42,834 nucleotides of DNA, taken from sequence record SRR31156797_5435. One strand, written 5' to 3'. Below the pieces are notes generated by a model. The model had not been told where the DNA came from and did not search any database. It saw nothing but the letters and a program-made list of their open reading frames with translations. Of the stretch, positions 17,650-27,391 are shown piece by piece; position 1 is the stretch's first letter; every line of letters starts with the position of its first letter. The position numbers and the translations under genes were made by a program.

Positions 17650-18390
17650 TTAGATGATTTCTACTATTTTTTGAACAGCCGCCAACTCAACAGGGATTCC
17701 ATTGGCAGCTAGTGCAGCCTCTTCTCGTAACTGTTCTAAGTCACCATGTTGCGGCAAATGCGTCAACATTAATTTTTTCACCTGCGCTGCATGGGCGATC
17801 TCCCCTGCTTCTTTTGAAGTAAAATGTGCCTTGTGCCGCTCATTTCCTGCAAAAAGATAGGTATCTGCCAAGAATAAGTCAGCCCCTTCAGCAAACGGAA
17901 CGAAAGATTCTAAATAGCCAGAGTCTCCAGTAAAAACAAAGACCTTGCCCGTGCTTTTCTCAACAAATCGCATGGCATAGCAAGTGACTGGATGGATCGT
18001 TTTCATAAAGGTAATCGTGAACGGGCCCAATTCCAACGACTCAGACTGAAGGTAATCAAATCCTTGGGTCACTCCCGGCATCGTCAGACTTTCAAAATGA
18101 ACCCTGTCCTCCCCATGACCGTAGATCGGCAAAACCTGCCGTTCTTCGTTTTCGGGATATAATTGCCAATAGTATTGTAATACCCCCAGATCCGCAATAT
18201 GATCGTGATGGTAATGTGTCAAAATCACTGCATCTAAGTCTAAGGGATCAAGGATCTTTTCTAATTGGACCAAGGTGGTACTTCCCGCATCAAGCAGCAA
18301 ATGAAAGCCATCTGACTCTACTAAATAGCCAGTAGTCCCTTCACCATTATACGGATAGGCACCTAAACAACCTAAGACAGTTATTTTCAC
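17650..18390 (-). CDS. MBL-fold metallo-hydrolase (YhfI/RNase Z-like)
   Basis: THYHHDHIAD motif, HPV, TGDS, LTHLP; adjacent to lipoate ligase as in yhfI-lplJ. Confidence 0.88.
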   Translation of the reverse strand: MKITVLGCLGAYPYNGEGTTGYLVESDGFHLLLDAGSTTLVQLEKILDPLDLDAVILTHYHHDHIADLGVLQYYWQLYPENEERQVLPIYGHGEDRVHFESLTMPGVTQGFDYLQSESLELGPFTITFMKTIHPVTCYAMRFVEKSTGKVFVFTGDSGYLESFVPFAEGADLFLADTYLFAGNERHKAHFTSKEAGEIAHAAQVKKLMLTHLPQHGDLEQLREEAALAANGIPVELAAVQKIVEII

Positions 18391-18507
18391 ATGTGTTTCC
18401 TCCTCTTTGGCTCCAGCTGATTTTCTACTTCTTTTATGCTATCACATCTCAGCTGATTTGACTAAAATCTGACCATTTTTTTTGCGAAAAAGGATCAAGA
18501 AAATGAG

Positions 18508-18595
18508 AAAAAAACGACGTCTATTGATGAATCCCTTGAATGAGTGTTCAACTCTATCCTTAAGGAACCATTCCAATGGTACGTCGTCTTTTTTT
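18508..18595. terminator. Long imperfect hairpin downstream of the DUF975 gene
   Basis: Outer arms AAAAAAACGACGT/ACGTCGTCTTTTTTT with nested pairing (TATTG/CAATG, CCTT/AAGG, GAGT/ACTC). Confidence 0.55.
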
Positions 18596-18597
18596 GC

Positions 18598-19383
18598 TTA
18601 TCTGATCAGCGCTCGTTGTTCATTGATCAATTCTTCATAGAATGCTGCGTTGACCGCATACGCATAGGCGTTTGCCCACAACATCCCAATCATAAGCGCC
18701 AAGAAACCCAGAATAAACCAGCCAATCAATGATAATTGCAGCCAAATGTATTGGCCCAGATGCGGTCGCAAGAGAGCGAAAGCTGCTTTAATTGATTGAA
18801 GAACCCCTAATTCCGGCTGATCATAGCGTAGATAGATTGCTAATTGGATCACACCAGTAACGACTTGCGACAAAAAGAAGAACAAGATGATGGAGAGAAT
18901 CGTCCCAATAACAAAAGCGATCGAACCGTTAAACATCGATACATCAATAGAAATTCCCCGATTAAAATTGAATACCAAGCCCAAATATTGATTAAGGCCT
19001 GATAAGACAAATTGCGGCAAGAAAATCGCAAAACTCAAAAGATAATTTAAAAGCGCGCTCACTAAATTTAGTAGCAAAAACGGTACATACAGACGCTTAT
19101 CAAAGACGAGAAAAATATCCGCCACCTGGATTCCTCTGCCACGAACCAGATAGAGTGCCATAATACTCAATGCTACTGAAAAAGCAAAGAAGACAAAATT
19201 GTCCAAGATCAGATCGATCCAGCTCTCTGCATTGTTTGCACCAAAAGAAGTCCCAATACTACTAAAAAGCGAGCTGACCACCGCTTGTACCGCAACCGTT
19301 GCTAAAATACTCAAGACGAACGTTCCCCAGAATCCGCGCAAGGAGTTTTTAGCCGTCTCTCGAATCATTGTATTTGATCTCAT
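18598..19383 (-). CDS. DUF975 family integral membrane protein
   Basis: IRETAKNSLRGFWG start; LQLSLIGWFIL...LWANAY...AAFYEEL C-terminal signature. Confidence 0.85.
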   Translation of the reverse strand: MRSNTMIRETAKNSLRGFWGTFVLSILATVAVQAVVSSLFSSIGTSFGANNAESWIDLILDNFVFFAFSVALSIMALYLVRGRGIQVADIFLVFDKRLYVPFLLLNLVSALLNYLLSFAIFLPQFVLSGLNQYLGLVFNFNRGISIDVSMFNGSIAFVIGTILSIILFFFLSQVVTGVIQLAIYLRYDQPELGVLQSIKAAFALLRPHLGQYIWLQLSLIGWFILGFLALMIGMLWANAYAYAVNAAFYEELINEQRALIR

Positions 19384-19392
19384 AGACTCACC

Positions 19393-20475
19393 TTAATAAC
19401 TGCGCAATGCTTTAACGGTCTTATCGTCTAAGCGGCGAACCACTTCCGTTACAAGCTTGACTGTATTGAAGTAGTCATCCTCATGAATGACAGAAGTATG
19501 AGAATGCAGGTAACGAACTGGCACAGTAATAGCGATCGAAGGAACCCCATCACGAGTCAAATGCATTTGACCAGCATCGGTTCCCCCACCAGTGATCACG
19601 GTATATTGGAAAGGAATTTCCATCTCTTCGGCGACATCGATCACAAAATCCAATAATTTCTTGTGAGGAATCATGGAAGCATCGAAAATCAAGACTTGTG
19701 GGCCTTTTCCTAACACAGAATCCGCTTCTTTTGGTGTCATTCCAGGTGTGTCCCCAGCGGTACCAGTATCTAGGGCGATAGCGATATCAGGATTCACTAA
19801 GTGAGTGCTTGTTCGCGCACCTCGTAGTCCAACTTCTTCCATCACGTCACTGCCGGCAAACAAGCAGTTTGGATGTCCTTCGGCTGCCAAGGTTTCTAAT
19901 ACCCGTAGTGATACCGCCGTACCAATTCGATTGTCCCATGCTTTGGCTAGCAAAAATTTGCTGTCGTTCATCCGTTTGTATTGGATATAGGGGGTGATCA
20001 TGTCTCCAGGACGGATGCCCCAGCCTTTGGCTTCCTCTTCGCTTGACGCGCCGATATCGATGAACATATCTTTGATATCGTAAGGTTTGTTTCGAGTCTC
20101 TGGACTCAACACATGGGGTGGTTTTGAGCCGACGACACCGTGGATCAATTTGCCATCATTGGTTTTGATCTCCACTTGCTGTGCCAGCATCACTTGCCCC
20201 CACCAGCCACCAAGGGTTTGAAATTCGATAAAGCCTTTTTCCGTAATTTTCGTTACCATAAAGCCGACTTCATCCATATGTCCCGAAATAAAAATTTTCG
20301 GACCGCCGCCATCACCAACATGTTTCGCAATGACACTTCCTAAACCATCAAAAAAGATATCTTCAGCAAAGTCTTTGGCATATTCTTTAAAGACTTCACG
20401 CACTTCCTCCTCATTCCCAGGAACCCCACGTGCAGTCGTTAGGTCTATTAAAAGCTGTTCTTCTTTTTTCTCCAT
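19393..20475 (-). CDS. M42 family aminopeptidase
   Basis: GVPGNEEEV, HMDEVG, KAWDNR, EEVGLRGA, GGGTDAG, RYLHS. Confidence 0.94.
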   Translation of the reverse strand: MEKKEEQLLIDLTTARGVPGNEEEVREVFKEYAKDFAEDIFFDGLGSVIAKHVGDGGGPKIFISGHMDEVGFMVTKITEKGFIEFQTLGGWWGQVMLAQQVEIKTNDGKLIHGVVGSKPPHVLSPETRNKPYDIKDMFIDIGASSEEEAKGWGIRPGDMITPYIQYKRMNDSKFLLAKAWDNRIGTAVSLRVLETLAAEGHPNCLFAGSDVMEEVGLRGARTSTHLVNPDIAIALDTGTAGDTPGMTPKEADSVLGKGPQVLIFDASMIPHKKLLDFVIDVAEEMEIPFQYTVITGGGTDAGQMHLTRDGVPSIAITVPVRYLHSHTSVIHEDDYFNTVKLVTEVVRRLDDKTVKALRSY

Positions 20476-20561
20476 CTTGCTTCCTCCTTTGTCTCATTGA
20501 TTATGATTATACCATTCTCTTAATCTGGTGCCAGAGGGAAATACAAAAAGATTGGTTAAAT

Positions 20562-20596
20562 AAAAAAAAACGATCCTAGTTTCCTAGAATCGTTTT
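20562..20596 (-). terminator. Intrinsic terminator of the ABC operon
   Basis: AAAACGATCCTAG/CTAGAATCGTTTT stem with an A9 run on the left. Confidence 0.65.
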
Positions 20597-20610
20597 ATCG
20601 TATAAATAGA

Positions 20611-22665
20611 TCAAGTTTCAATAATCCGCAGACACAGCTTGACGGTAATCAAATAGGCAAATAGATAGACAACTGCTGCTACTCCTGCAAACAAATGAGC
20701 GACCCAGTACCCGGGACTGTCGATGATCTGTGTGAAAGTATTGATGGCAAATACCGCATGCAAAATCGCCAATAAGGTGCCAGGCATAAAAATCCAAATG
20801 TTTTGCCAGTACACCAACTTGCGCACTTCATTACGGGTGTAGCCTAATTTTGTCAATAGTCGGTAATTGTACTTTTCCCGCTCCGTGTTAGAAAATTGCC
20901 GAACGATCAAACTACTAGACGTGGTGATCAAAACGATCACCCCAACAAATAGCGATACGAACAAAATGATTCCTGCTTGTCGTCGCACCCCGCGCATTGT
21001 TGTAAAGCGATTGGCTAACGTTAGCCGATATGCGGTCGTCTGACCACTATCGCTACTTGAATCCCGAGCGGTCTCTGGATAAAAGCGTACGTTTTTTTGG
21101 TCGTCGCTAAATTCATAGGTCAATGGATGCGCCCACTCGATTGGCAGCTCTTCATCCAACAACTGTGTCAGCGCGTCTGTTTGCACCTTTTCGGTCTGTA
21201 AATAAGCAATGGTATAGGTGAATCCTTTGATTTGTTGGTACGCCTCATCTTGAATGACAAGGACATTGGGTAAAGAATAGCGTAAAGCACTATCACCAAA
21301 ATAATCTTGTTCGGCTTGAATGAGTTTGAACGTATGTTGACTGCCGATTTTGACCTCATCGCGATAGGTGATAAACGAACGAGTCACATCGTATTGACTG
21401 TCAAAAAGCACCGCTTGTTTATCGGTACTCAGTTGAATCTCCGGGGCATCGGGAACCAGTTTTCGCAGACGCTGATAATCAGAAAAAGCGACCAGATTCA
21501 CCATGATATTTTCAATATTTTCGTCTTGCAACTCTCCAAGGTAACGGGTTTGAACCGTCATATTGGTCATTTTATAGGGAATCGATTGTTCGGCAATAAT
21601 CGGTGTATCGGCTTTTTCTAAAAGGTCCCGCAAGGTATCTGTCTGCTCTCCTGACACCTGAAAGGAAGTTGGATAGATACGGTTCGTTGCTTGGTAATTC
21701 AAAGAGATGACCCCCATTGTTCCCCCGATCAATGAAATCGCGATTGCAGTGATGATCGTCAAAAGGGCGTAGCTTTTCCACGTCCTTTGCAAGTAAGCAC
21801 GCACGTTATTGTAAGCAATCAACTTCGCCCCTTTGATAAGGCGTTTTTTTGGTTTACTCAAAAAATACAATAGTGCTGGCAAGGAACAATCAAAAAAGAG
21901 ATAAGTTGCCGTTATACAGCAAAATAGAATCAGTAAAGGGATCCATAGAATCGCTGAAAAATCTTGCGTATACGTGATATAGTTGGTCCATGTTTCCCTT
22001 AGGGTCAATGACAGATAATACCCTACCCCAAGTAAAATCAGACCTAGGACCCCCATCAATGTACGAAACGGAGTCATTTTCATTTTTTTGATCGGTAAGC
22101 GGTATTCGGTCTTGATCAATTCACTCATTGGGGTACGCCAAACAAAAAGGATCACTTGAATACTCAATATAATCATTGCGGCGATAAAGACAAAGACCGT
22201 CGAAAAAATCGATTGCGGTGAATTAAAGAAATGACTGGTCAAATTTAGGCCCATCGCCCGAATCAAAATCATTGAGAAGAATTTTGAAAAAATAATTCCC
22301 ATAAAGATACCGGTCACTAGAGAGAAAAAATTTAGTAAAAACGTTTCCCGTAGCAACAGCCAAGCAAGACGACCTTGCCGCAACCCCAAAAGCTGGTAAA
22401 CACTGATTTCTTTTTGTCGCTGACTAAGAAAAAAATGATTGGCACTCAGCATAAAAAACAAGACGACAAAGGCAACCACACTGCTGCCGAATCCTAAAAC
22501 CCCTTCAATGCGGATGTCTTGCTGGACCCGTTGATTCAGCAGACGATCATTCATCAAGGCGTTAAAGGAATAAAAAATCATCACGGCGGTCATCATACAA
22601 ATAAAATACACCATATAATTGCGAAACTGCCGCAAAAAACTCCGCCAGCCGATTTTAAACAACAT
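20611..22665 (-). CDS. FtsX-like ABC transporter permease (BceB/YxdM type)
   Basis: MLFKIGWRSF...YMVYF start (ATG 22665, SD GGAGG), RQKEISVYQLLG, large extracellular loop, YRLLTKLGY. Confidence 0.88.
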   Translation of the reverse strand: MLFKIGWRSFLRQFRNYMVYFICMMTAVMIFYSFNALMNDRLLNQRVQQDIRIEGVLGFGSSVVAFVVLFFMLSANHFFLSQRQKEISVYQLLGLRQGRLAWLLLRETFLLNFFSLVTGIFMGIIFSKFFSMILIRAMGLNLTSHFFNSPQSIFSTVFVFIAAMIILSIQVILFVWRTPMSELIKTEYRLPIKKMKMTPFRTLMGVLGLILLGVGYYLSLTLRETWTNYITYTQDFSAILWIPLLILFCCITATYLFFDCSLPALLYFLSKPKKRLIKGAKLIAYNNVRAYLQRTWKSYALLTIITAIAISLIGGTMGVISLNYQATNRIYPTSFQVSGEQTDTLRDLLEKADTPIIAEQSIPYKMTNMTVQTRYLGELQDENIENIMVNLVAFSDYQRLRKLVPDAPEIQLSTDKQAVLFDSQYDVTRSFITYRDEVKIGSQHTFKLIQAEQDYFGDSALRYSLPNVLVIQDEAYQQIKGFTYTIAYLQTEKVQTDALTQLLDEELPIEWAHPLTYEFSDDQKNVRFYPETARDSSSDSGQTTAYRLTLANRFTTMRGVRRQAGIILFVSLFVGVIVLITTSSSLIVRQFSNTEREKYNYRLLTKLGYTRNEVRKLVYWQNIWIFMPGTLLAILHAVFAINTFTQIIDSPGYWVAHLFAGVAAVVYLFAYLITVKLCLRIIET

Positions 22666-23419
22666 GGCGCGGACCGCCTCCAATCGTAGCCTGCATATCG
22701 ATGATTTTTTCGAAAAATTCCTGACGGCTGCCTTTTTTGACAACTTCCGCAAAGAAGACACCATCGCGAATGAACAGAATCCGATTGCAGTAGCTGGCGG
22801 TAAAAGGATCGTGGGTGACCATCAAGATCGTCGTTTTTTCTTGTTGATTGATTTGCGCTAAATACCGTAACAATTCTGTTGCCGCTTTTGAATCAAGGGC
22901 TCCCGTGGGTTCATCAGCAAAAAGGACCGCCGGACGACTGATGATCGCCCGAGCAGCAGCGACCCTTTGTTTTTGCCCTACAGACAATTCTTCTGGGTAG
23001 CGATCCAACAAGTGTTCGATCCCTAACAAATTGGCCGTCTCCTCGATACGTACTTGGGTTTCCTTCACGGGCAAGCGATCAATCGCTAAAGGCAGCAAAA
23101 TATTGTCTCTGGCTGTCAATGTCTCTAAAAGATTAAAATCTTGAAAGATGAAGCCAATCTGCTGACGGCGAAAATCGCTGAGGGCTTTTTCCGACATTCG
23201 GGTAATGTCTTTGCCATCGATATAGATCGAGCCTAAGCTAGGTCGCATGATTGAAGACAAAAGATTCATCAAGGTCGTTTTCCCAGCACCGCTTGGCCCC
23301 ATGACCCCAACAAATTCTCCTTGATCCACTGCAAAAGAAAGGTTATCTAATACTTTGGTTTGATTGAAACGGGTGCCGTAACTTTTTGTCAGATGCTTCA
23401 CATCGATCATATTTTTCAC
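22655..23419 (-). CDS. ABC transporter ATP-binding protein (BceA/YxdL type)
   Basis: GPSGAGKTT, GFIFQDFNLL, LSVGQKQR, ADEPTGALDS, VTHDPFTASYC. Confidence 0.92.
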   Translation of the reverse strand: MKNMIDVKHLTKSYGTRFNQTKVLDNLSFAVDQGEFVGVMGPSGAGKTTLMNLLSSIMRPSLGSIYIDGKDITRMSEKALSDFRRQQIGFIFQDFNLLETLTARDNILLPLAIDRLPVKETQVRIEETANLLGIEHLLDRYPEELSVGQKQRVAAARAIISRPAVLFADEPTGALDSKAATELLRYLAQINQQEKTTILMVTHDPFTASYCNRILFIRDGVFFAEVVKKGSRQEFFEKIIDMQATIGGGPRHVV

Positions 23420-23595
23420 ACAGAACCCTCCTTTAAAAAAATTCTCTCCTTATGGTAGCATACTTTATCATTGAATACTTCTGCTTCAAAACAGAGAAAA
23501 AATAAATTTAAAAAAGTTTTTATTCATTATGTGAAACATGGAACAACCAAATCCTTAATCTTATCAAGTTTTCTCGAAAACACCTCAATGAATAT

Positions 23596-23653
23596 ACACC
23601 ATATATTGTGTATATCCAAAACACAAACCCTTTTCGAATACTATATATAGTTG
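23596..23653 (+). promoter_or_regulatory. Tandem NrdR boxes
   Basis: ACACCATATATTGTGT (23596-23611) and ATACTATATATAGTTG (23638-23653), 42 bp apart, upstream of nrdD. Confidence 0.85.
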
Positions 23654-23705
23654 CTCATTTCTACAATTTGTTTTATTATATTGTGGAAGATAAGGAGTGG
23701 TAGAA

Positions 23706-25901
23706 ATGATGAACATTAAGAGAAATCCTGAGCAAGGGTTGGAAAGACAGTCCGCTTTGCGTCAGTTAAAAATCGTAAAACGTGATGGACGGCTTGTCGA
23801 TTTTGATGATCAAAAAATTTATGATGCGTTAGTGAAAGCCCTGAGAAAAATCAACGGTGAGCTTTCTCCCATCGACCACGAAAAAATCACCGAGATCGTT
23901 GACAGTGTCGATCACGAGATCGCGGAACGTTTTCGTACAAATGTAAAAATCTATGAGATCCAAAATATCGTCGAGCATATCTTGTTAGCAAAGAACGAGT
24001 ATGCCTTGGCTGAAGAATATATCAACTACCGGACCCATCGTGATTTCGAACGCAGCAAAGCAACAGACATCAACTTTACGATCAATAAATTGATGAATAA
24101 AGATCAATCGGTCGTCAATGAAAATGCCAATAAGGATAGTAACGTGTTCAACACACAACGTGATTTGACCGCTGGGATCGTAGGAAAATCGATTGGTTTG
24201 AAAATGCTGCCTCCTCACGTGGCAAATGCCCACCAAAAAGGCGACATTCATTACCATGACTTGGATTATCATCCATATACCCCAATGACTAACTGCTGCC
24301 TAATCGATTTTAAAGGCATGCTAAATAATGGATTTAAAATTGGGAACGCCGAAGTGGAATCGCCAAAATCGATCCAAACGGCCACCGCTCAAATCTCACA
24401 AATCATTGCAAATGTAGCATCGAGTCAATATGGTGGCTGTTCTGCTGATCGAACAGATGAATTATTGGCTCCTTTTGCTGAGTTGAATTACCAAAAACAT
24501 TTAAAAGATGCCGAAGAATGGATTGAGACACCCGAACGTCGGGAAGCTTACGCGAAGAGCAAAACCCGCAAAGATATCTACGATGCAATGCAAAGTCTAG
24601 AATACGAAATCAATACGTTATTCACCTCTAACGGACAAACGCCGTTTACTTCCCTTGGCTTTGGTTTAGGAACCAACTGGTTCGAACGGGAAATTCAACG
24701 AGCGATTCTCCAAATTCGCATCAACGGGTTAGGCAGTGAAAAGCGTACTGCTATTTTCCCGAAATTGATTTTTAGTATTCGCCGTGGGGTCAACTTGGCA
24801 CCTACCGATCCGAACTATGATATTAAAGAACTGGCTTTAGAATGTGCCACTAAACGGATGTATCCGGATATTTTGAATTATGATAAATTGGTTGAATTGA
24901 CTGGCAGCTTTAAAGTGCCGATGGGCTGTCGTTCTTTCTTGCAAGGCTGGAAAAACGAACGTGGTGAAGAAATCAATGTCGGTCGGATGAATCTAGGTGT
25001 CGTGACATTGAATATTCCACGGATCGCCTTAGAAGCAAATGGCGATCAAGAAAAATTCTGGTCACTGCTGGAGGACCGTCTGCAAATCGTTAAAGATGCC
25101 CTTGTCTATCGAGTGGAACGCTGTAAAGAAGCGAGTCCCGCCAATGCGCCGATCCTTTATATGTATGGGGCTTTCGGTGAACGTTTGGATCGCAAAGACA
25201 ATGTCAACGAATTATTCAAAAACAAACGTGCCACTGTTTCGCTTGGTTACATTGGTTTATACGAAGCTGCTTCGGCTTTTTACGGTGGAACTTGGGAACA
25301 AGACCCAGAAGCAAAGGCCTTTACGATGGCGATCGTGAAAGAATTGAAAGCTCATGCCGATGCCTGGGGCGATGAATACGGCTATCATTTCAGTGTGTAC
25401 TCGACCCCTAGTGAAAGCTTGACCGATCGTTTCTGTCGCTTAGATACCGAAAAATTCGGTGAAGTTGAAAATATTACCGACAAAGAATATTATACCAATA
25501 GCTTCCACTATGATGTGCGGAAAAATCCGACACCATTTGAGAAACTTGATTTTGAAAAGGACTATCCAAAATACTGTTCTGGTGGCTTTATTCATTACTG
25601 TGAATATCCAGTCTTGCAGCAAAATCCAAAAGCTTTAGAAGCAGTTTGGGATTACGCATATGATCGGGTCGCTTATCTTGGAACAAATACCCCTATCGAC
25701 CACTGTTACGAGTGCGGATATGAAGGAGACTTTAATCCAACCGAACGAGGCTTTGAATGTCCACAATGTGGCAATCACGATCCAAAAAGTTGTGATGTTG
25801 TCAAAAGAACCTGCGGGTATCTTGGAAATCCTCAAGCTCGCCCGATGGTCAACGGTCGTCACAAAGAAATCTCTGCTCGGGTCAAACATTTGCAAGAATA
25901 A
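23706..25901 (+). CDS. nrdD: Anaerobic ribonucleoside-triphosphate reductase
   Basis: ATP-cone IVKRDGR, TNCC, PMGCRSF, CYEC...CPQC, glycyl-radical motif RTCGYLG. ATG 23706 with SD AAGGAG. Confidence 0.97.
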   Translation: MMNIKRNPEQGLERQSALRQLKIVKRDGRLVDFDDQKIYDALVKALRKINGELSPIDHEKITEIVDSVDHEIAERFRTNVKIYEIQNIVEHILLAKNEYALAEEYINYRTHRDFERSKATDINFTINKLMNKDQSVVNENANKDSNVFNTQRDLTAGIVGKSIGLKMLPPHVANAHQKGDIHYHDLDYHPYTPMTNCCLIDFKGMLNNGFKIGNAEVESPKSIQTATAQISQIIANVASSQYGGCSADRTDELLAPFAELNYQKHLKDAEEWIETPERREAYAKSKTRKDIYDAMQSLEYEINTLFTSNGQTPFTSLGFGLGTNWFEREIQRAILQIRINGLGSEKRTAIFPKLIFSIRRGVNLAPTDPNYDIKELALECATKRMYPDILNYDKLVELTGSFKVPMGCRSFLQGWKNERGEEINVGRMNLGVVTLNIPRIALEANGDQEKFWSLLEDRLQIVKDALVYRVERCKEASPANAPILYMYGAFGERLDRKDNVNELFKNKRATVSLGYIGLYEAASAFYGGTWEQDPEAKAFTMAIVKELKAHADAWGDEYGYHFSVYSTPSESLTDRFCRLDTEKFGEVENITDKEYYTNSFHYDVRKNPTPFEKLDFEKDYPKYCSGGFIHYCEYPVLQQNPKALEAVWDYAYDRVAYLGTNTPIDHCYECGYEGDFNPTERGFECPQCGNHDPKSCDVVKRTCGYLGNPQARPMVNGRHKEISARVKHLQE

Positions 25902-25903
25902 TC

Positions 25904-25941
25904 ATAAAAGGAGTGTTAGATTTCTTCTACACTCCTTTTAT
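25904..25941 (+). terminator. Intercistronic hairpin between nrdD and nrdG
   Basis: 13-bp stem ATAAAAGGAGTGT/ACACTCCTTTTAT with a short T-run. Confidence 0.55.
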
Positions 25942-25981
25942 CGAACAACCCCTGTAATTCACAATAGAAAGAAGTTTTCTT

Positions 25982-26578
25982 ATGAGAAATCCTAAGCCCC
26001 AAGAATGGAAAGCAAACGAGTACAGTCAAAATTATATCGCTGATTACAAAGCCTTCAACTTTGTGGACGGTGAAGGCATCCGAAATAGTTTATATGTGAG
26101 CGGCTGCCTGTTTGCTTGTGAAGGCTGTTTCAACAAAGCCGTCCAAAACTTTCGCTACGGCACACCTTTTACCCAAGAGCTAGAGGATCGAATCATTGAG
26201 GATCTGCGACATGACTATGTTCAAGGACTGACCCTCCTAGGCGGCGAACCTTTCTTGAACACGACGGTCTGTCTGAAAGTTGTTGATCGCGTTCGCGCCG
26301 AATTTGGTCATAGCAAGGACATTTGGAGCTGGTCAGGCTACACTTACGAAGAACTGCTCTTGGAGACCCCTGACAAACTAGAACTTTTATCCAAAATTGA
26401 TATTTTGGTGGACGGCCGTTTTGAACTCAGCAAGCGAAACCTAAACTTGCAGTTTCGTGGTAGCAGCAATCAACGAATCATTGATCTTGCTGCATCTCGA
26501 GAACAAGGAAAAGCGGTTATCTGGGCAAAGTGCAAAGATGCTGAAGCAAGTTACGAACAAATCAAAAAACAAATTTAA
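25982..26578 (+). CDS. nrdG: Anaerobic RNR activating enzyme (radical SAM)
   Basis: VDGEGIR, CLFACEGC, GGEPF, DILVDGRF, FRGSSNQRI. Confidence 0.96.
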   Translation: MRNPKPQEWKANEYSQNYIADYKAFNFVDGEGIRNSLYVSGCLFACEGCFNKAVQNFRYGTPFTQELEDRIIEDLRHDYVQGLTLLGGEPFLNTTVCLKVVDRVRAEFGHSKDIWSWSGYTYEELLLETPDKLELLSKIDILVDGRFELSKRNLNLQFRGSSNQRIIDLAASREQGKAVIWAKCKDAEASYEQIKKQI

Positions 26579-26584
26579 CGACTC

Positions 26585-26686
26585 AAAACACCGTGCATCT
26601 TGAGATGACCCCAAAAGTTAGACCAAAAAATCGAACTTTTGGGGTCACCACATCTTCCTTCAAAGATGATGCACGGTGTTTTTTTT
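26585..26686. terminator. Bidirectional terminator (nrdG/alkD) with an insertion in its loop
   Basis: 15-bp stem AAAACACCGTGCATC/GATGCACGGTGTTTT followed by a T-run. Confidence 0.75.
26601..26652. mobile_element. 52-bp empty IS3-family-like element (MITE/IS footprint)
   Basis: TG...CA ends, 22-bp imperfect terminal inverted repeats (19/22) around an 8-bp spacer, flanking TCT direct repeat. CCCCAAAAGTTAGAC resembles IS3/IS150-group ends of Firmicutes (from recall). Confidence 0.65.
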
Positions 26687-26714
26687 GTTATATAAAAATC
26701 AGTGACCGAGCTTT

Positions 26715-27371
26715 TTAAAGGTACTTACTTGCTTCACGAACCGTCAAAGGCGCCAGACTTTTTTGATGGCGTAGAAGAAAATCTTGGACCCACAGAGGAT
26801 TCGTCTTGGCATAGTCTCGCAAGCTCCAGCCAATGGCTTTGTTGATAAAGAATTCAGAACTCCCCAAATTGTTGACAAGGATCTCTTCAAGGAATGGTCG
26901 ATCCATCTGTTCTTTTTGCAACAATTGGTGAAGAATCGCCACTCGCCGTAGCCAAAGATTATCCTCAAGACTCCAACGAAGCATCTCAGCCTTTAACGCT
27001 GGCAGTCGGCGAACAAGCTTTCTGACGACCTCACTTAGTGCGTCCACGCTATCCCACCAAGATTTCGTTATGACTAACTGTTCAATTTTTCCTAGATCAA
27101 CGGCTGATAAAAAGGGCTCCAGCGCCACTAAATAATCAATCGCAAGGTACTGGTGTTCCCGATAGCTGCTTTGCCAACATTGATCGATAAATTCCCAATC
27201 GATTCGTTTCATTTGTTTTGCTACTTTAAAGGCTGCTTTTTCCTGCTGACGGCGCAACGGTGTAGGGATGCCTAAAAACTCAAACTGATGCCGCATATAG
27301 GCGGCCATTTTTTCCCTTCGTTCTTCATCAGCCAAAGCAATCATCGTTTCATATACTTGATAGATCGTCAT
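26715..27371 (-). CDS. alkD: DNA alkylation repair glycosylase, AlkD family
   Basis: MAAYMRHQFEFLGIPTPLRR, KSWWDSVD, WLRRVAILHQL, EFFINKAIGWSLRDY. Confidence 0.9.
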   Translation of the reverse strand: MTIYQVYETMIALADEERREKMAAYMRHQFEFLGIPTPLRRQQEKAAFKVAKQMKRIDWEFIDQCWQSSYREHQYLAIDYLVALEPFLSAVDLGKIEQLVITKSWWDSVDALSEVVRKLVRRLPALKAEMLRWSLEDNLWLRRVAILHQLLQKEQMDRPFLEEILVNNLGSSEFFINKAIGWSLRDYAKTNPLWVQDFLLRHQKSLAPLTVREASKYL

Positions 27372-27391
27372 ATTGGTCCTCCTTTTTAGGT

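Noticed and set aside
23529-23546. Possible Rex box upstream of nrdD (ATGTGAAACATGGAACAA)
   Set aside because: The right half deviates at three positions from TTGTGAA-N4-TTCACAA; too weak to call.
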